This document shows, piece by piece, positions 51,821 through 64,000 of a stretch of 64,000 nt of DNA. The translations under genes and the position numbers were made by a program. The notes below the pieces were generated by a model. The model was given only the letters and a program-made list of their open reading frames with translations, searched no databases and was not told where the DNA came from. How positions within the stretch are numbered: the stretch's first letter is position 1; the number at the start of each line of letters is the position of its first letter. Source of the DNA: Vicugna vicugna (Eukaryota); NCBI GenBank assembly GCA_013265495.1, contig MU058065.1:7006302-7070301 (forward strand). Reading direction: 5' to 3'.

Positions 51821-52209
51821 GGGGTGGGATGGGGAAAGTGAGAGGAGGCAGGTAGAGAGAGAATAACATAGAGCAAGTCAGAAAGCGCCCAGGAAGCCTG
51901 CATGTGTGTTCTAGCCACGCGATGTGAAGGGACCATAGCAAAGCAACTAAGGGCCTCGGGAGAGAAACTGTTTTCTCGAGGCTGATAAGCAGGGCCGTTC
52001 CCTGACTCCCTTTACCCTTTACACTGCTGAGCCATGGAGAAACAGAGACAGGAGAGGAGCCATAGCAGCACCCCAGGGCTGGAGCTGGCTCCGCCGCTCC
52101 GTCTCCTGCTGCCCCCCTTCCCCAGCATGCCCTCACTTAGGAGGGGTCCCCTCCCCACATCTCCACCCCAAGCTCACTCCCGGGGTCTCCCCTCTTCTTT
52201 CTGGCACAG

Positions 52210-52302
52210 TGCGCTCCCCCCCAGGTCTGGCCAAGACACCCCTGTCTGCTCTGGGCCTGAAACCCCACAACCCAGCGGATATCTTGCTGCACCCCACCGG
52301 CG
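52210..52302 (+). CDS. TNS1: Tensin-1 coding exon: (V)[30 protein letters not shown]
   Basis: Acceptor gcacag, donor gtgagt. 93 nt, phase 1-1. Confidence 0.95.
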
Positions 52303-52871
52303 GTGAGTGACTCTGGCAGGAAGGGAGGCGGTCTGGGAGGCCGAAGGGAGGAGAGGGGAGTTGGAGGACCCCTGGGGTCCTGGGCAGGGCCCAGAGGTGG
52401 TGGGTTCTCGGGACCCTTCTGGAAACAAGGTGGCAGGCTGGCTTTGTGCCCACACTGAGGGCAGGCCTGGGTGGGGCTCTGTGCAGCTGAGGGGGACTAA
52501 TCCCTCTGTAGCCTTCCTGCCCAGGAAGGGTTCAGTGCCACTTCCAGCGTCCTCTGGCCTGGGGGGTTTGGAGGCCTACCTTGTTTCTGTGGAGTTGGTT
52601 AGCGCTCTGCCGGGCGCCTGGCTCCCCACCCTGCAGTGCTCAGACACTTGTGCACACACACACACACACACACACACGTGCATGCACACACCCCAGGTTC
52701 ACACCTAGTCACACTTCCCAGCTTCTCTCCTTCCTGTGGGAAAAGGGAAAGTGGGGGCCCTGGGCCCTTACTGGCCATTTTGAACAGACTGAGCCCAGAA
52801 ACTTGCTCCCTAGACTCCGGTTTTTGGGCTGGGCTGAGGCCCTGGGGGCCAATTTTGTTTCTTTTCCTTAG

Positions 52872-52895
52872 TCACCAGAAGACTGATCCAGCCAG
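52872..52895 (+). CDS. TNS1: Tensin-1 24-nt micro-exon: (V)TRRLIQP
   Basis: Acceptor ttttccttag, donor gtaggc, phase 1-1. Resembles recalled human VTRRRIQP. Confidence 0.85.
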
Positions 52896-53344
52896 GTAGG
52901 CGGGCAGTGGCATGCAGGTGTGACCTACGTGGACACATGGCTGGGCACAGCCTCCCACTCAGGATGTGTCTGCATGGTCAGGGACACTGAGTCACCGGGT
53001 GGGGGGCTGCCTCTCACCAGGCCCGCACACTCCTGCTTGAGGCGTGGGGACAGTGACAGGGACGCCGGGCTGCTCCTGAGAGTGAGGCCCCCTCCCCTGG
53101 GAGCCCTGGATCCGGGGGCATTCAGGATGGACTGCACCCCCTTACCCTACAGCTCTTCTGGGGAGCTTGTCTCTGCCCTGGGCTCACCCTGCTTTCCCAA
53201 CTGCCTTTTCTCAGCAAAGTCTCTCAAGAAATAATCCCTGTTAACCCCTCTCTCTCTTTCCTTTTTTGCTCTCCCTTTCCTCTTCATCACCTGCCTCTGT
53301 CCTGCCTCTCCTTCCTCCCCACTTCTCTTCCCATCTTCCCTCAG

Positions 53345-53383
53345 AGGAGGATGAGGGGAAGGGGGTGACAGAGCTTCCCAAAG
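53345..53383 (+). CDS. TNS1: Tensin-1 39-nt micro-exon: (E)EDEGKGVTELPK
   Basis: 114-nt AG-free pyrimidine tract, acceptor cctcag, consensus donor aag|gtaagt, phase 1-1. Resembles recalled human EEDEGKVVVRLSE. Confidence 0.85.
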
Positions 53384-53752
53384 GTAAGTGTGGCCTTGCT
53401 GTGTGGCTGCTCCCCACTCTCCAGGGCTGGGAATGGCATTTCACTTCGAGTTTGCGCTGCCTGGCTTGGGGGGCAGCTCTTTGCTCTGATCAGGTCTTGT
53501 GTGACACATCGCCCCCAGTCCCCACCACCCTGGTGATGAGCTGTCACCCTGGATGCTGACTGAGGTGCCCGCAGCTGCTGGGCGTGGGTCTGGGTGTGGC
53601 CAGTGTCCCGGTGCTAGTGCGGTGCCCCCTGGCTGACAAAATGCCCCTCCCCAGCAGCATTTTTGCCCCCTAACCTGGGGTGCAGCCAGCCCCTTCAGAG
53701 GGCGGGGGACCGTCATCCCATTTCCCAGGCATGTTCCGCACTTACAGCTCAG

Positions 53753-53962
53753 AGCAGGGTTTCTCAACGTCGGCACCACTGACAGTTGGGGCCGACAGCT
53801 CTCAGTTATGGTTGCTGCCCTGGGCCTTGTAGGGTGTTTAACAGCGTCCCTGGCCTCTACCTGCTACATGCTGGTAGCACTCACCCAGTAATGATGATCA
53901 AAATGTCTCCAAAATGGCAAATGTCCCTAGGGGAATAACCACCCCCAGTTGAGAGCCACTGT
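53753..53962. mobile_element. MER20 (hAT-Charlie)
   Basis: cagggtttctcaac..ggcaccactgaca...caaaatgtctcca...ccagttgagagccactg. Confidence 0.85.
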
Positions 53963-55544
53963 CTTGGAGCCACGAGTTGCCCTCTTGACACCCTTGCGTG
54001 GTTTCCGGTCAGCACAGGTGGTAGGACATCCATCTTTCTGGGAACTTGGATGCCTTTGGGGATTTTGGAAAAGCCACAGACCCACCCCTGCTCAAATGCA
54101 TTGGGACACCCATGCACGTAATTGTGACAGTTTCAGGGAGTTAGCACGATATAGATGAATTCCACATCGCACACAGGGAAGCAGAGAGGTGATGTAATTT
54201 GGCTGAAGGCCTTTAACTTATTAGGGACAGAATTCAAATGATGACTCAGAGCAGCAGGTGAAATGAAGGCGTCCTGCCTGGAACCCCCTGGGCATGGTTC
54301 TGGGCATCCATGTCCCCATTTCCACCCCAGGGGCTTGGACTAGGTGGGCACCGAGGCGCCTTCCGGCTCTGACGTGTTAGGTGTTCTGACTTCTTACCGG
54401 GGCCTGGGTTCCTTGTGGCCTGGTTCCTTTAAAGACTCCATCTGGTTTCTTAAGCCCACTTCCTGCTTTCCTGTCCACTTACTACCTTGATTTACTATCC
54501 GCAAAGTGGGCGTGGGCTGTGCCCCGCTGTATCTGCCATCACCCAGTAAGATGGCTGGAGCTTCCCATAAAACTCGCCCAGTCCTAGCCAGCTAGAGTTC
54601 AGGCAGCAATGCCAGGCTGCCTGGGGTGCAGAACAAGGAAGCCCCCATCAACAGATCCTAGAATCGGGTGAGCCACGCGTGCTCCCGGCTGCTGGTTCCC
54701 GACAGGGCAGTGGAGCTGGGATGGGGGTCTGAACAAGCTGGGGCCTGGAGCCAGTGTTCGTGTGCTGTGTTTCAGGTGCCCGCCCACGCGGCAGGCTTTC
54801 AGCTTTCCTCATGGTTGCTGATCTCCACGGGCTGGGGCACCTCACACACTCTCCAGCGGGAAGGTCTGAGGGTGACAGGTGCTGGTTTTGTGTTTCCCAC
54901 TTTGGGGTGACTCTTTAGAGGAGCGAGTATCCACAGAATGGAACTGACACCCGCCCCTTGCGCCTTATGAATGAATCTCAGCCTACAGGGCATGAGCCCT
55001 CTGACCCTCCTCCCTCTGCCCTGGAGTCACGGAGTTTGCAGAGGAAGGTTCTTAGGGATCAACTCAGCTGCACCCCTCATTTTCACAGAAGTGGAGCTGA
55101 GGTGTGTGTTTTGGGGTGAGGGTGGGCCATCTGCCCAAGGTCATAGTTAAGCGGCCAAAACTGAACTTACTGGTCTCCTGTCTCTTTGTCAAGTGGCCAT
55201 TTCAAAGCCCTCTTCCTGCCTCCAGGCGCCATGCCCTGGGATTCCAGCGTGGGGGTTGGAATGGCTGTCGTGGCCTGGGAAGCCGGGCGGGTGGGGGCAG
55301 GGGGCAAGGCCTTGGGCCGCCAGTCCCACTTCTCCTGACTCACACATCACCTCCCGGGTCAGACTTAAAAGCACATTCTTTGCTGACCCTCAGAAGTGCT
55401 GCTTGATTTCCCTGCTGATACTTTGATGGGAAACTCAGAAAAAGAGGCCTGTGAGAAAAAATGATGAGAGGCAGACTTCCTCAGCTAAGGGGAGCAGAAG
55501 ACTTCAGGGGACTCTGCTCTGTTCAAGGTGCTATGCTAGATGCT

Positions 55545-56030
55545 TTTCATTCATTCATTCTGCCATTCGTTGATTCGTTTTTTCAATAAATATTCTGTGT
55601 GCCTACCATGTGCCAGGCACTCTGGGAATATAATGATAGGCAGCACTATGGTTTCTAATCTCACGGAGCAAATGCGTGAACAGGCCAGAATTAAATTATC
55701 ACTCAAAATTACACATTGTGATACGTGCTCCGAAGGGAAGGGATTCCGTTTGATGAGACCCTGGCTGAAGAAGTAAGATGTGAGGGTGAATGCATTAACT
55801 TGGTGACACTGGGGTGGGAGAAAAGCATTCCATATAGAGGTAAAGGGCACGTGCGAAGGCCCTGAGGTGGGAGGAACAGCATGTTCTTTCCAGGAACTGT
55901 GAAATCAGTGAAGTGAGAGCAAAGGGTAGCTGGAAGGTGGAGCAAGAGGGAGTGTGGGACAGAGTGAGGGTCATTGGGCAGGGGCAGGACCATGTGGGGT
56001 CATGGTCACATCATCTTGTTTAATAATCAC
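55545..56030 (-). mobile_element. L2 3' end
   Basis: ttcattcattcattc...ttcaataaatatt...cctaccatgtgccaggcac. Confidence 0.75.
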
Positions 56031-59000
56031 AGAAAGACTGAGAAGAAGGTGGTAGGAACCCCAGTTTGCTGATGAGGAGATGTTTAGGGATGTTAAACGA
56101 CTTGTCCAGACCTAGAGAGTCAGTCAGGGGCACAGCTGAGAGCCTACCCTGGATCAGCACGTGGAGGCTGCCCCGTTCCATGTGGTTGCACAGAGCACCA
56201 CCTCTAAATGTGAACAGTGTCTTTACTGGGCGTGGAGACTGGGAGCTCTTCTCTGTGATGGAAGGAGATGAGGAAAGCCTGCAGCAGTAGACATGAGGTC
56301 AACACTGGGGACATCTTCCCCATGGTGAAACGGAAAGAAATTCCTGAAACTTCTTCCCTGGAGGAACAGGAACAGGGAACATTCAGATAAGGTTCTGTCT
56401 GTCTGGATGATTGATGGGATAGATTTGGCACAAAAGAAGACGGTGGACTAGAAATGACTCCTCTGGGGATCTTTCCTGTTCTGAGATCCTTGGTGATGGG
56501 TTTCCTGTGGCATCTGGGTATTTCAGGGCAGTGCTGTGCAATGCAGATTTATTGAGCACCTACTCTGTGCCAGGTCCCATGCTAGGCATGGAGGGTATAA
56601 AGATGAGTGATACAGCCTATTGAGGACAGAGATGCTGACAGATATTTCAGCATAAGATAGGAATGCTGAGTGGGGCTACGAACAGCATGTGATGGGAGCT
56701 CAGAGGACGGCCGTGTGGCTCAATCTCAAAGTTTGAAATTCTGCCTTTTGAGCTCCTGGATTGGGACTTGTGGGGTTTTACTTCCTGCCTCTCCCCCACC
56801 CACATGTCTTCATTTCACTTAAAGTGGGCAGGCCCTTTCTCTCCAGACAAGGAACCTTTTCTGGAAGGCAGAAAATGCACTTCAGGGTGAATTTCTGACC
56901 ATGGGCCCCAGTCACCGATGGGGCCAAGTCGTTCTCTCTGCCTCAAGTCCAGCTGCTCTCACCCTCCAACAGCCACTTGGAATGGGTTTGGGCTCCTGGA
57001 ATGTTCTCCATGGAGCACCCTCCCTGGCCACACCTCTCCCGCCCTTCCCAGTTCCCGCTGCCTCTGGGCGCAGCTGCTCCAGAATTGGCGTAGAGAAGGG
57101 AAAGAGGGTGCAAAAAGAAGGTTACAGGGAGGCGGGCGCAGACACAGCTCAGGCACAGGCTGGCGACGGGGGGCAGCTTATAAACTGGAACTAGCAAGAA
57201 AGAACTAGAAAGGGCTTTCTCGTCTCTTGACACTTGATCCTGGCTGGGCAGGTGGGCATTCTCATTCCCATTTTACAGATGAGGAAACAGTCCCAGAAAG
57301 GTTTAGCGGCCTGTCCCATGTCACCCTTCCAGTAGGTGAAAGAAGGGGGAGCTTACAGGGTGTATGCTGTCCTGAGGTGGGGAGGGGAGGAGGAGGGCAG
57401 GAAGAGACAGGAAAAGGGGGCATTTTCAGTACAGAAGTCTGAGTCTGAAAATTTGGGAAAACTGATTATTTGACCCCAAAGGTTGGTTTTGAACAGTTCT
57501 GGAGGTGGACTCAGAAAATCAATGATGTTCTGAAAGGTACCTCCTGCTCTGGGTTCATGAGGAGCAGAGACTAAGTGAATCTCTACCCCCTGATTTGGGC
57601 CTGGAGGGGCAGGAAGGGGTGACAGACTAGCCAAACAAAGAAGAGGATGGAGGTGGAGAAGAAGGTCAGGGCAGCGCCAGGTGACCTGGATCTGAAACAT
57701 ACAGGATGCTAGCCCCAGAGCAAAGCCCCCAGGCTGGTTGGCCACCTGTACTCACAGGGCTGTTCCCGTGATGATGGAAACGGCTGCTGGTGCTTCTCCC
57801 TGGGTGAACAGTCCTGTCCCTCAAGTTCAGATGCCAGTTCCTTTGAGAGCTCTGGAGCTTAGGATCTGATGGGAGTGAGGATAGGGCTGATAAGGCCGAT
57901 GCCTTAAGAATGTGGCCATCGTATAGCCACCTCTGGTTTTCTGATATCTCCAGCTTTCTAACATCCTGTCCCATCAACGTTCTGTGCACACTACACTCGG
58001 ACTCCTGGCCTTGAGCTCAGGTCACTGTGTTTGGGCCAGAAGGAGTTAGTGGGGATGCAGCCTTGACTAATGGCAAACAGAGTAGATAGGAGTCAGCCTC
58101 TGTCATCCCAGGCTTGGCTCTGTTCTGACTGTGGGACAGGTTGGGCGGCCCACCTTACCTCAGTTCTACTGCTGGTAGAAGCAGTCCATGTCCTTTTTGA
58201 CAGGGTGAGGTGCTTACCCAATAATGTGAGCTGGCAATATCATGTGAGTTTCTTACCCAATGTATGGGTCAGGTCCTGGTAGGAAACAGATGGCTCATTC
58301 CAGTGGAGCAACCAAGGAGAGTTTAATGGACTATGTAGAAGGTCTGGGCAAGCCATCGAGGGACAGTGAAGCACCTGAGCAGGAAGAGGGAGCCTGAAGG
58401 AACCAGGAGAGAGGTGGAGGAAGGACCCTTGGGTGGAGGGATGCAGCTCTGGCACTTTGACCTTCTCTCCCATCTCCCTCGCTCCCGCTCATCCCCTGCC
58501 AGTCCCTCCTACTGGCTGGCTGAAGGCCAAAGCCATCTGGAGCCCTGAGCTGGGAGGCCTGGGGGATGCAATCAGTAAAAGCTGGCTTCCAGGGACACGG
58601 AGCAGGCTGGGGAGTGGATCAGGAGGACATCAGCAGGTCAGAGAGGAGCACGGACTTCAAGGGTCATCCACGTGTTTTAGCTTGAACTTTGGGAGTCAGC
58701 AAGAATTCGAGGGAAGGACTGGAATGAATGTGTGCCTCTTAGGTCTTTGTTCCTGTGTACCTCTGTCTGGGTGGGGCAGAGGGTAAAGGTCACACATCTA
58801 CCAGTTCCGGGACAGACACATATCAGGGACCTATTGTGTGCCAGGCGCTGCAAATACAGATCAGCAAGGAATCCCGGGGCGGCCAGGGAGCAAGTGGTAT
58901 CTTGCTGTCTCTGGGTCAGGGAGAAGGGTGCTGAGTGCCACGGGCACCCCAGAGAAGCTGAGAGCCTTGAGGGGTCCAGGAGGAGTTTTCAGAAAGTGAC

Positions 59001-59549
59001 CTCGGGAGGCCAGAGATGGGCAGGGAGGGTGGTTTCTGCCCTTGGGTCTCAGTTGCTATTTTCATGGTGTGAGGCCCTTTCTGATGGTCCCTTCTGTTAA
59101 TCTGGGTTATCCCAAGGCGTGGGGCGACCCCCTAAGGCTAAAGACACACTGAAGCTCTTGGCTCCCCGCTTTTCACCTGGCTGTATGTGCGGGGCTGAGG
59201 AGTGGATCTGAGGAGCAGGCTCTGAGCCGGACCGCCTGGGTTCCTGGGCCACCCTGCCGCTTGCTACTGTGTGACCCAGGCAAGATACTTACATTCTCCA
59301 AATCCTACTTTCCTCATAGAGTTTGCTATTTTTACCATTATTAATAGCCTGTGGAGTTGGCTCTTCTCTGGCTGACGGGCTGGAGTTCTGGGTAGCAGCC
59401 AACTGTGGGTGTCCCCATGAGGCTGTGTTCCCTCTCTGGGCCACCCAGAGCTAGCACTGAGAGTCAGGAGATGGTATCCATGACCACTGATTGGCTGTAT
59501 GTTCTGAGGTGAATCGCTCCACCTCTCAGGGCTGAGGAGATAGGTTACA

Positions 59550-59768
59550 TCAGGAGCCAGAAAACTACAGCCAAATCTGGCCCATCACCTATTTTTATAA
59601 AGAAAGTTTTATTGTAACACAGCCATGCTCATTCTTTTATGTATTGTCTGTGGCTGCTTGCGCGATACAGCAGCAGAACTAACTGAGCAGCGGTGAGAGA
59701 GACTGTCTAGCTCTCTAAGCCTGAAATATTTGCTGCTGGGTCCTGTATAAAAAAGTGTGCTGCCCTGG
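59550..59768. mobile_element. MER58A-like DNA transposon
   Basis: aaactacagccaaatctggccc...aaagttttattg.aacacagccatgctcatt...aagcctgaaatattt. Confidence 0.8.
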
Positions 59769-60660
59769 GCCAGGGGGTCTCCACAGTGTCGCCTGCTTCA
59801 GCCAGGCCTCGGGCTTGGATGGCACGGAATCATTGCCTTTGGAGTGGGTGTGACCTGGGGCTTCTGGGAGGTGGGAGGGCAGCCTGGGCTGGGTGAGGGG
59901 GGCTTTTGAGGAGGCCTTGCTGGCCTCTGCCCACGAGGACTCCGTCATTGGGCGCCGTAGCGGGTCACTGGAATAGACTGTCCCATGCCCGTCCCTTTGC
60001 AGACATCTTGCCCTACCTCATCCACCGTCAACTGCTGTTGGTTGGAGGGAACGTTGGGTGGAAACTAAAAGACACACTGGCAGCCTCTGGCTGGAGTTGT
60101 ACGCAGACCCCCAATGCCGGCCTCCTCTGTAATGGGCCCTGTTCTGAAGAACCATCCTTTCTGTGTCCCGAGGCCTCTGAGCCTGGGTGCAGGAGGTCAG
60201 GCCTGGAAATCACCTCAGAGGCCAGGCGCAGGAGGCTGTGCTGAGCAGTGAGAGCCTGTAACAGCCCGATAACACCCTGGTGATGAGGCTCCTTCCGAAG
60301 TAAGGTTTTCTTAGGGCTGAGGGGAGGAGGGGGCTGTTCTCTGACTTGGTGGCTGGCACAGTCCTGGCAGCGAGGACCCCAAGGGCCTGGCCCTCCAGCG
60401 CTGCACAGACTCTGTGGTTCTTCTGTTTCTCGGGCTGGTTTCAGCAGACACCCTAATTGTGGACAGATGGTGGGTGTGTGCTCAGGTCATGTCCCTCCTG
60501 GGATGTCCACAGGGACAGTGCCAGGTTTGGAGGTGGCAGGAACATCATCCATCCCTGATCCTGTCCCTGGAGAAGCCAAGGGTGCCCTGCTTCTTCTTCC
60601 TGTTTGATAGTGAGTTAGATTCAGAGGCCCGGGGTGAGGGTGAGGGGGCGTTGGGGGTAG

Positions 60661-60697
60661 NNNNNNNNNNNNNNNNNNNNNNNNNNNNNNNNNNNNN
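60661..60697. other. Assembly gap (37 N)
   Basis: Run of N in the sequence. Confidence 1.
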
Positions 60698-61496
60698 GTT
60701 GGGGGTAGGGGGTGGGGTGGCCCAGGAAAGCTGGGTCCTGGCTGTGCCTCCAGCCATCTGCCTGTCCAGGCTTCAGCGTCCTCACCTGCAAACTGACCTT
60801 TCTGGCACTTGCCCCCGCCCCTCCCCCACCTAGCCTTCCTCTCAGACTGTTCTGAACACCAAGTGGATAACGATGTCAGTCTCGGGAGGAATGCTAAGTG
60901 TGTCAGGCAAGGTGGGTGGGTGTGTCTTGGCACACAGGGACAGGGTGTGACTCACCCAACACAGGCCTGTTGCTAAGCCAGCAAGCCTGTTTCTGGATTC
61001 TGGGTGCCGGGTGGAGCCAGTGTGAACCCGGGCACTGTCCTGAGATTCAAGGGCAGGCTGGAGCTCTGGGCCCACAAAGAATCCAGACTCCAGCGGTGCC
61101 TGGGGAGCCTAGAAGGGCCTGGGGTCCAGGGTAGCTGGGCTGTAGAAGAAAAGCAGCAGCTGGCGGGGGGACACCAGTGATGGATGGGCGTCCTGGCTCT
61201 AGGAGGGAGGATTCTGTCATGGCTGTGTTCTGAGGCCCATTTCTGGAAAGCTTCTCAGAATGAGGCCCTGGTTAAAGGTTCCCTGGGGGCTCTCAAAGCT
61301 TCTCCAAGATGCTGGGAAGAGGGTGGGCATGAACAAGCAGGAGCCCTGGAGAAGTACCCTTTGCCTGCATGGCTGTCCTTTTGGGGCTGTCCCCATAGGC
61401 TCTGCTCTGGTGAGGCAGGTTTCCTGGAGGCTGAGTGGGGTCCACTCTGCACCCCTGTGGATTCAGGCTCAGTCCCTGTCCCCTCACCCCTTCCAG

Positions 61497-61695
61497 AGCC
61501 CCGGAGCTATGTCGAATCGGTGGTGCGGACAGCAGTGGCTGCGCCCCGGACTCAGGACCCCGAGCCCAAGAGCTTTAGCGCCCCGGCTGCCCAGGCCTAT
61601 GGCCACGAGACACCTCTGAGGAACGGGACTCTGGGAGGCTCCTTTGTCTCCCCGAGCCCCCTCTCCACGAGCAGCCCCATCCTCAGTGCTGACAG
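61497..61695 (+). CDS. TNS1: Tensin-1 coding exon: (E)[29 protein letters not shown]...SPILSAD(S)
   Basis: Acceptor ttccag, donor gtaagt. 199 nt, phase 1-2. Confidence 0.95.
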
Positions 61696-61919
61696 GTAAG
61701 TTGGGGGGGAGGACCCAAACCTGGGACAGCTCAGATGAGGCCTCTTGCATCTGCCTAGGGTGTGGACGGGCAGAAATCATACTCAGATTGCTGCCCCTGG
61801 GAAACCAACCCATCAGGGTGCATTGGGCGAGTGTCCCCTGAGTGCCAAATCACCGGGCAGACTACTAAGGTGAACTAGGTCCTTCCCCCAAGTTTAAAAT
61901 CAAATGAGTCATCACTATG

Positions 61920-62130
61920 TTGTGAGTGCTTCCTGTATGCAGGCATCTTGCTAAATGCTTTCCATTTAATCCTCACAGCAATGCTCTCAGGTAATACTGT
62001 TATTATTTCCACTTCTCAGAAGAGGAAACTGAGGCACAGGGAGAGGAAATAGCTTGTTCAAGGTCCTGCAGCTAAACAGTAGCAGAAATGGGATCCAGAC
62101 CGAAGGGGTCTGGTTCCAGAGCCCACGTCT
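61920..62130 (-). mobile_element. MIR SINE
   Basis: catttaatcctcacagca...gaggaaactgaggcacag...aaggtc. Confidence 0.75.
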
Positions 62131-64000
62131 CTGTCCTCCCCTGAGACCTGTGTTACAGCACCCACCTGTCACAAGGTGACAGTCAGATGTGCCTGAAGCA
62201 GATGTGTAAGCGAGGCGCTCAGAGCTCAGAGCAAAAGGCTGTTATTTCTGGCTCAGGGTGCAGAGAGGGTCTCTGGGGGCTGGAAGTATTTGTGCTGAGG
62301 CCAGAAGGTTGAGCAGGGGTTGAAAAGTGAAGGAGGGTGGAGAGGGCCTTCTAGAAAGACAGCACAGCAAGGACAGAGCTGGGACTGCTCCTGTCCATCC
62401 CCTCCCATGTCCCCTCCCCCTCTCAGCCTGGAACCCCGTGGGACCCCTGTCCAGCCTCTTCGTCACACTTCCCCAGGCAGGGGTGAGCCGAGTGTGCGTG
62501 TACCTGCACTGGCCCAGGGCAATGTGCACGCTCCCAGGTCAGGGGTGGAGGACGAGGTGGGTGAACAGAAGCAGTTTTCTTCTAGAGTCTGAGAATTGTG
62601 AAACCTTGAGCCACGCATGCACCCCTAGTCCACCTTGCCCCTCCTCAGCCTCTTGACGGCTCCGTTTTTGAAAAGGTCTGGCTCTGGGCAGAAGCTACAT
62701 TCATCTTTTAGAGGAAAGAAGATTTTCCTCACCTGTCTAGCCACCCACGCTGCTGTTCAGGCAGTCCTGACATTAGGAAGTCTTCACTGTTTCTCACTCA
62801 AATTCCTCCTGCAGTAGGACTCAGGAAGCTAGCGTTTCTCCTCCAAGATTAATTATTTGGAACTTCATTTCTGTATCCCCAGCACCCCCAAACCCTCAGC
62901 CTGACGTCCTCCCATTCCTCAGAACCCAGGTTATTCTGTACTGAAGTGGTGTTCCACTCGGGCCCCTTCTGGAATGCGAGGTAGACTTTGTCCTGGCCTG
63001 GCCCCTGACCTTCTCCCTGCCCTTGGCTCTTGCCTGGCCCTCTCACCTCACATCACCCAGGGGACCCGAGCTTATCCGACCCAGCCCAGGGTGGGACCAG
63101 CCAGCTTCCAGACTCCGGCCTTCCAGTCTGCAGCTCCAGGCTTTGTCCCATAGTCCTATGTAAGGACCCCTGCCCCGCCCCCAGCCCCAATAGCTCCTGG
63201 TCAGAGCCTGCCTGCTACCTCCCTGTAGCTGCTGCTTATGCAAAGTCCCTGTCAACCTCTGTCTCTCCTTCCATGTCATCAAGGAATAGCAGTTTGGATC
63301 TGGAAGGAATCAGGGTCACTTAACCCATCTCCCTCATTTTCCATGTGGGAAAACTTTAATATGCAGAATGCAGGTTTCCCAACTCAGAGGCCATTGTGTG
63401 GACGGCCACATGGTCTTGTACTTAACCTCACTGCAGAACCTTTGGTTGTGTCTATTCCCCCAGGTACAGTGCCCTCTGAACTGAATTTTATCAGTCTTAG
63501 AATTGAGAGCAGTGCCTAAGCTCATCTAATATAACCTCCCAATGGAGGAAATTTCCTTCACAGCATTCAGGTCAAGAGATTTGTTAGCCTCTGCTTAAAT
63601 GCTCCTAACGATGAGAGTCTCATTACCATTTAGGCAGCCTGATCCATTAGTGGTCAGATCCAACGGCTGGAAAGCAACCCTTATAATGAACTGAAATCTC
63701 CTTCTATGAGACTTCCTTGTCTTTGCTTTTTGGAGCTACCCAGGAATGAAAGCCAAATTACAGCACTCTCAATGTTTAAAGATGCCCATAGCACACCTGG
63801 GAAAACTGAGTCAAGGTGGGGCTACTTCCAGTAGGAACAGGATCCAGGTGGCTTGACCCCCCTCTCCAGTGTTCAGTTTCTATGAAGCTGGAGGGGTCAA
63901 TAGGACAGTCACCTTCAGTTTCATAGGAGAGGTCTTCTTTGACGTGGTTGAGCAGTCAGTGTGGTGCTTGGGAATACATGGGCTTTGGAATCACAGCTGA

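Noticed and set aside
52030..52306. gccATGG ORF (MEKQRQ...) after a GATA site, sharing the 13-mer agccatggagaaa with 26871
   Set aside because: It is out of frame with exon 52210, and chance 13-mer matches are expected many times in 64 kb.
1..64000. Remaining short ORFs, RNA genes, CRISPR-like arrays or prokaryotic systems
   Set aside because: This is mammalian intronic DNA. I recognised no tRNA, rRNA, snoRNA or repeat-spacer structure by eye, and an Rfam/Infernal scan would be needed to exclude small ncRNAs.

Overview
Mammalian genomic DNA covering the central part of the tensin-1 gene (TNS1) on the + strand. The repeats point to a cetartiodactyl, probably a camelid: there is a young artiodactyl-type L1 3' end, and I recognised no Alu, Bov-tA/BovB, PRE-1 or CHR-2 SINEs. 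Twelve GT-AG exons join in frame. They encode the end of the C2 domain (GCRPFLRIYQ...[10 protein letters not shown]), the long low-complexity middle region (a 1572-bp exon with a pure (CAG)8 polyQ), and continue to ...SPILSAD, including two symmetric micro-exons of 24 and 39 nt. The gene start and the SH2/PTB exons lie outside the window. Introns hold the usual eutherian repeats (L1, L2, CR1/L3, MIR, MLT1, MER20, MER5A, MER58A, Tigger-derived MITE). I see no novel multi-gene system. The most interesting signals concern isoform control. (1) An 87-nt in-frame cassette exon (42479-42565) has a 202-nt AG-free zone and a downstream RBFOX cluster. (2) Three candidate internal first exons (~26.7, ~44.1, ~46.5 kb) each combine a TG repeat, an ATG just out of the tensin frame and a good donor. 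(3) There is a possible 3-nt micro-exon at 26964-26966. (4) An L1 ORF1 fragment without a poly(A) tail sits inside a MIR between 10-bp direct repeats. Gene identity and repeat names come from recalled sequences, not database searches, and repeat boundaries are approximate.
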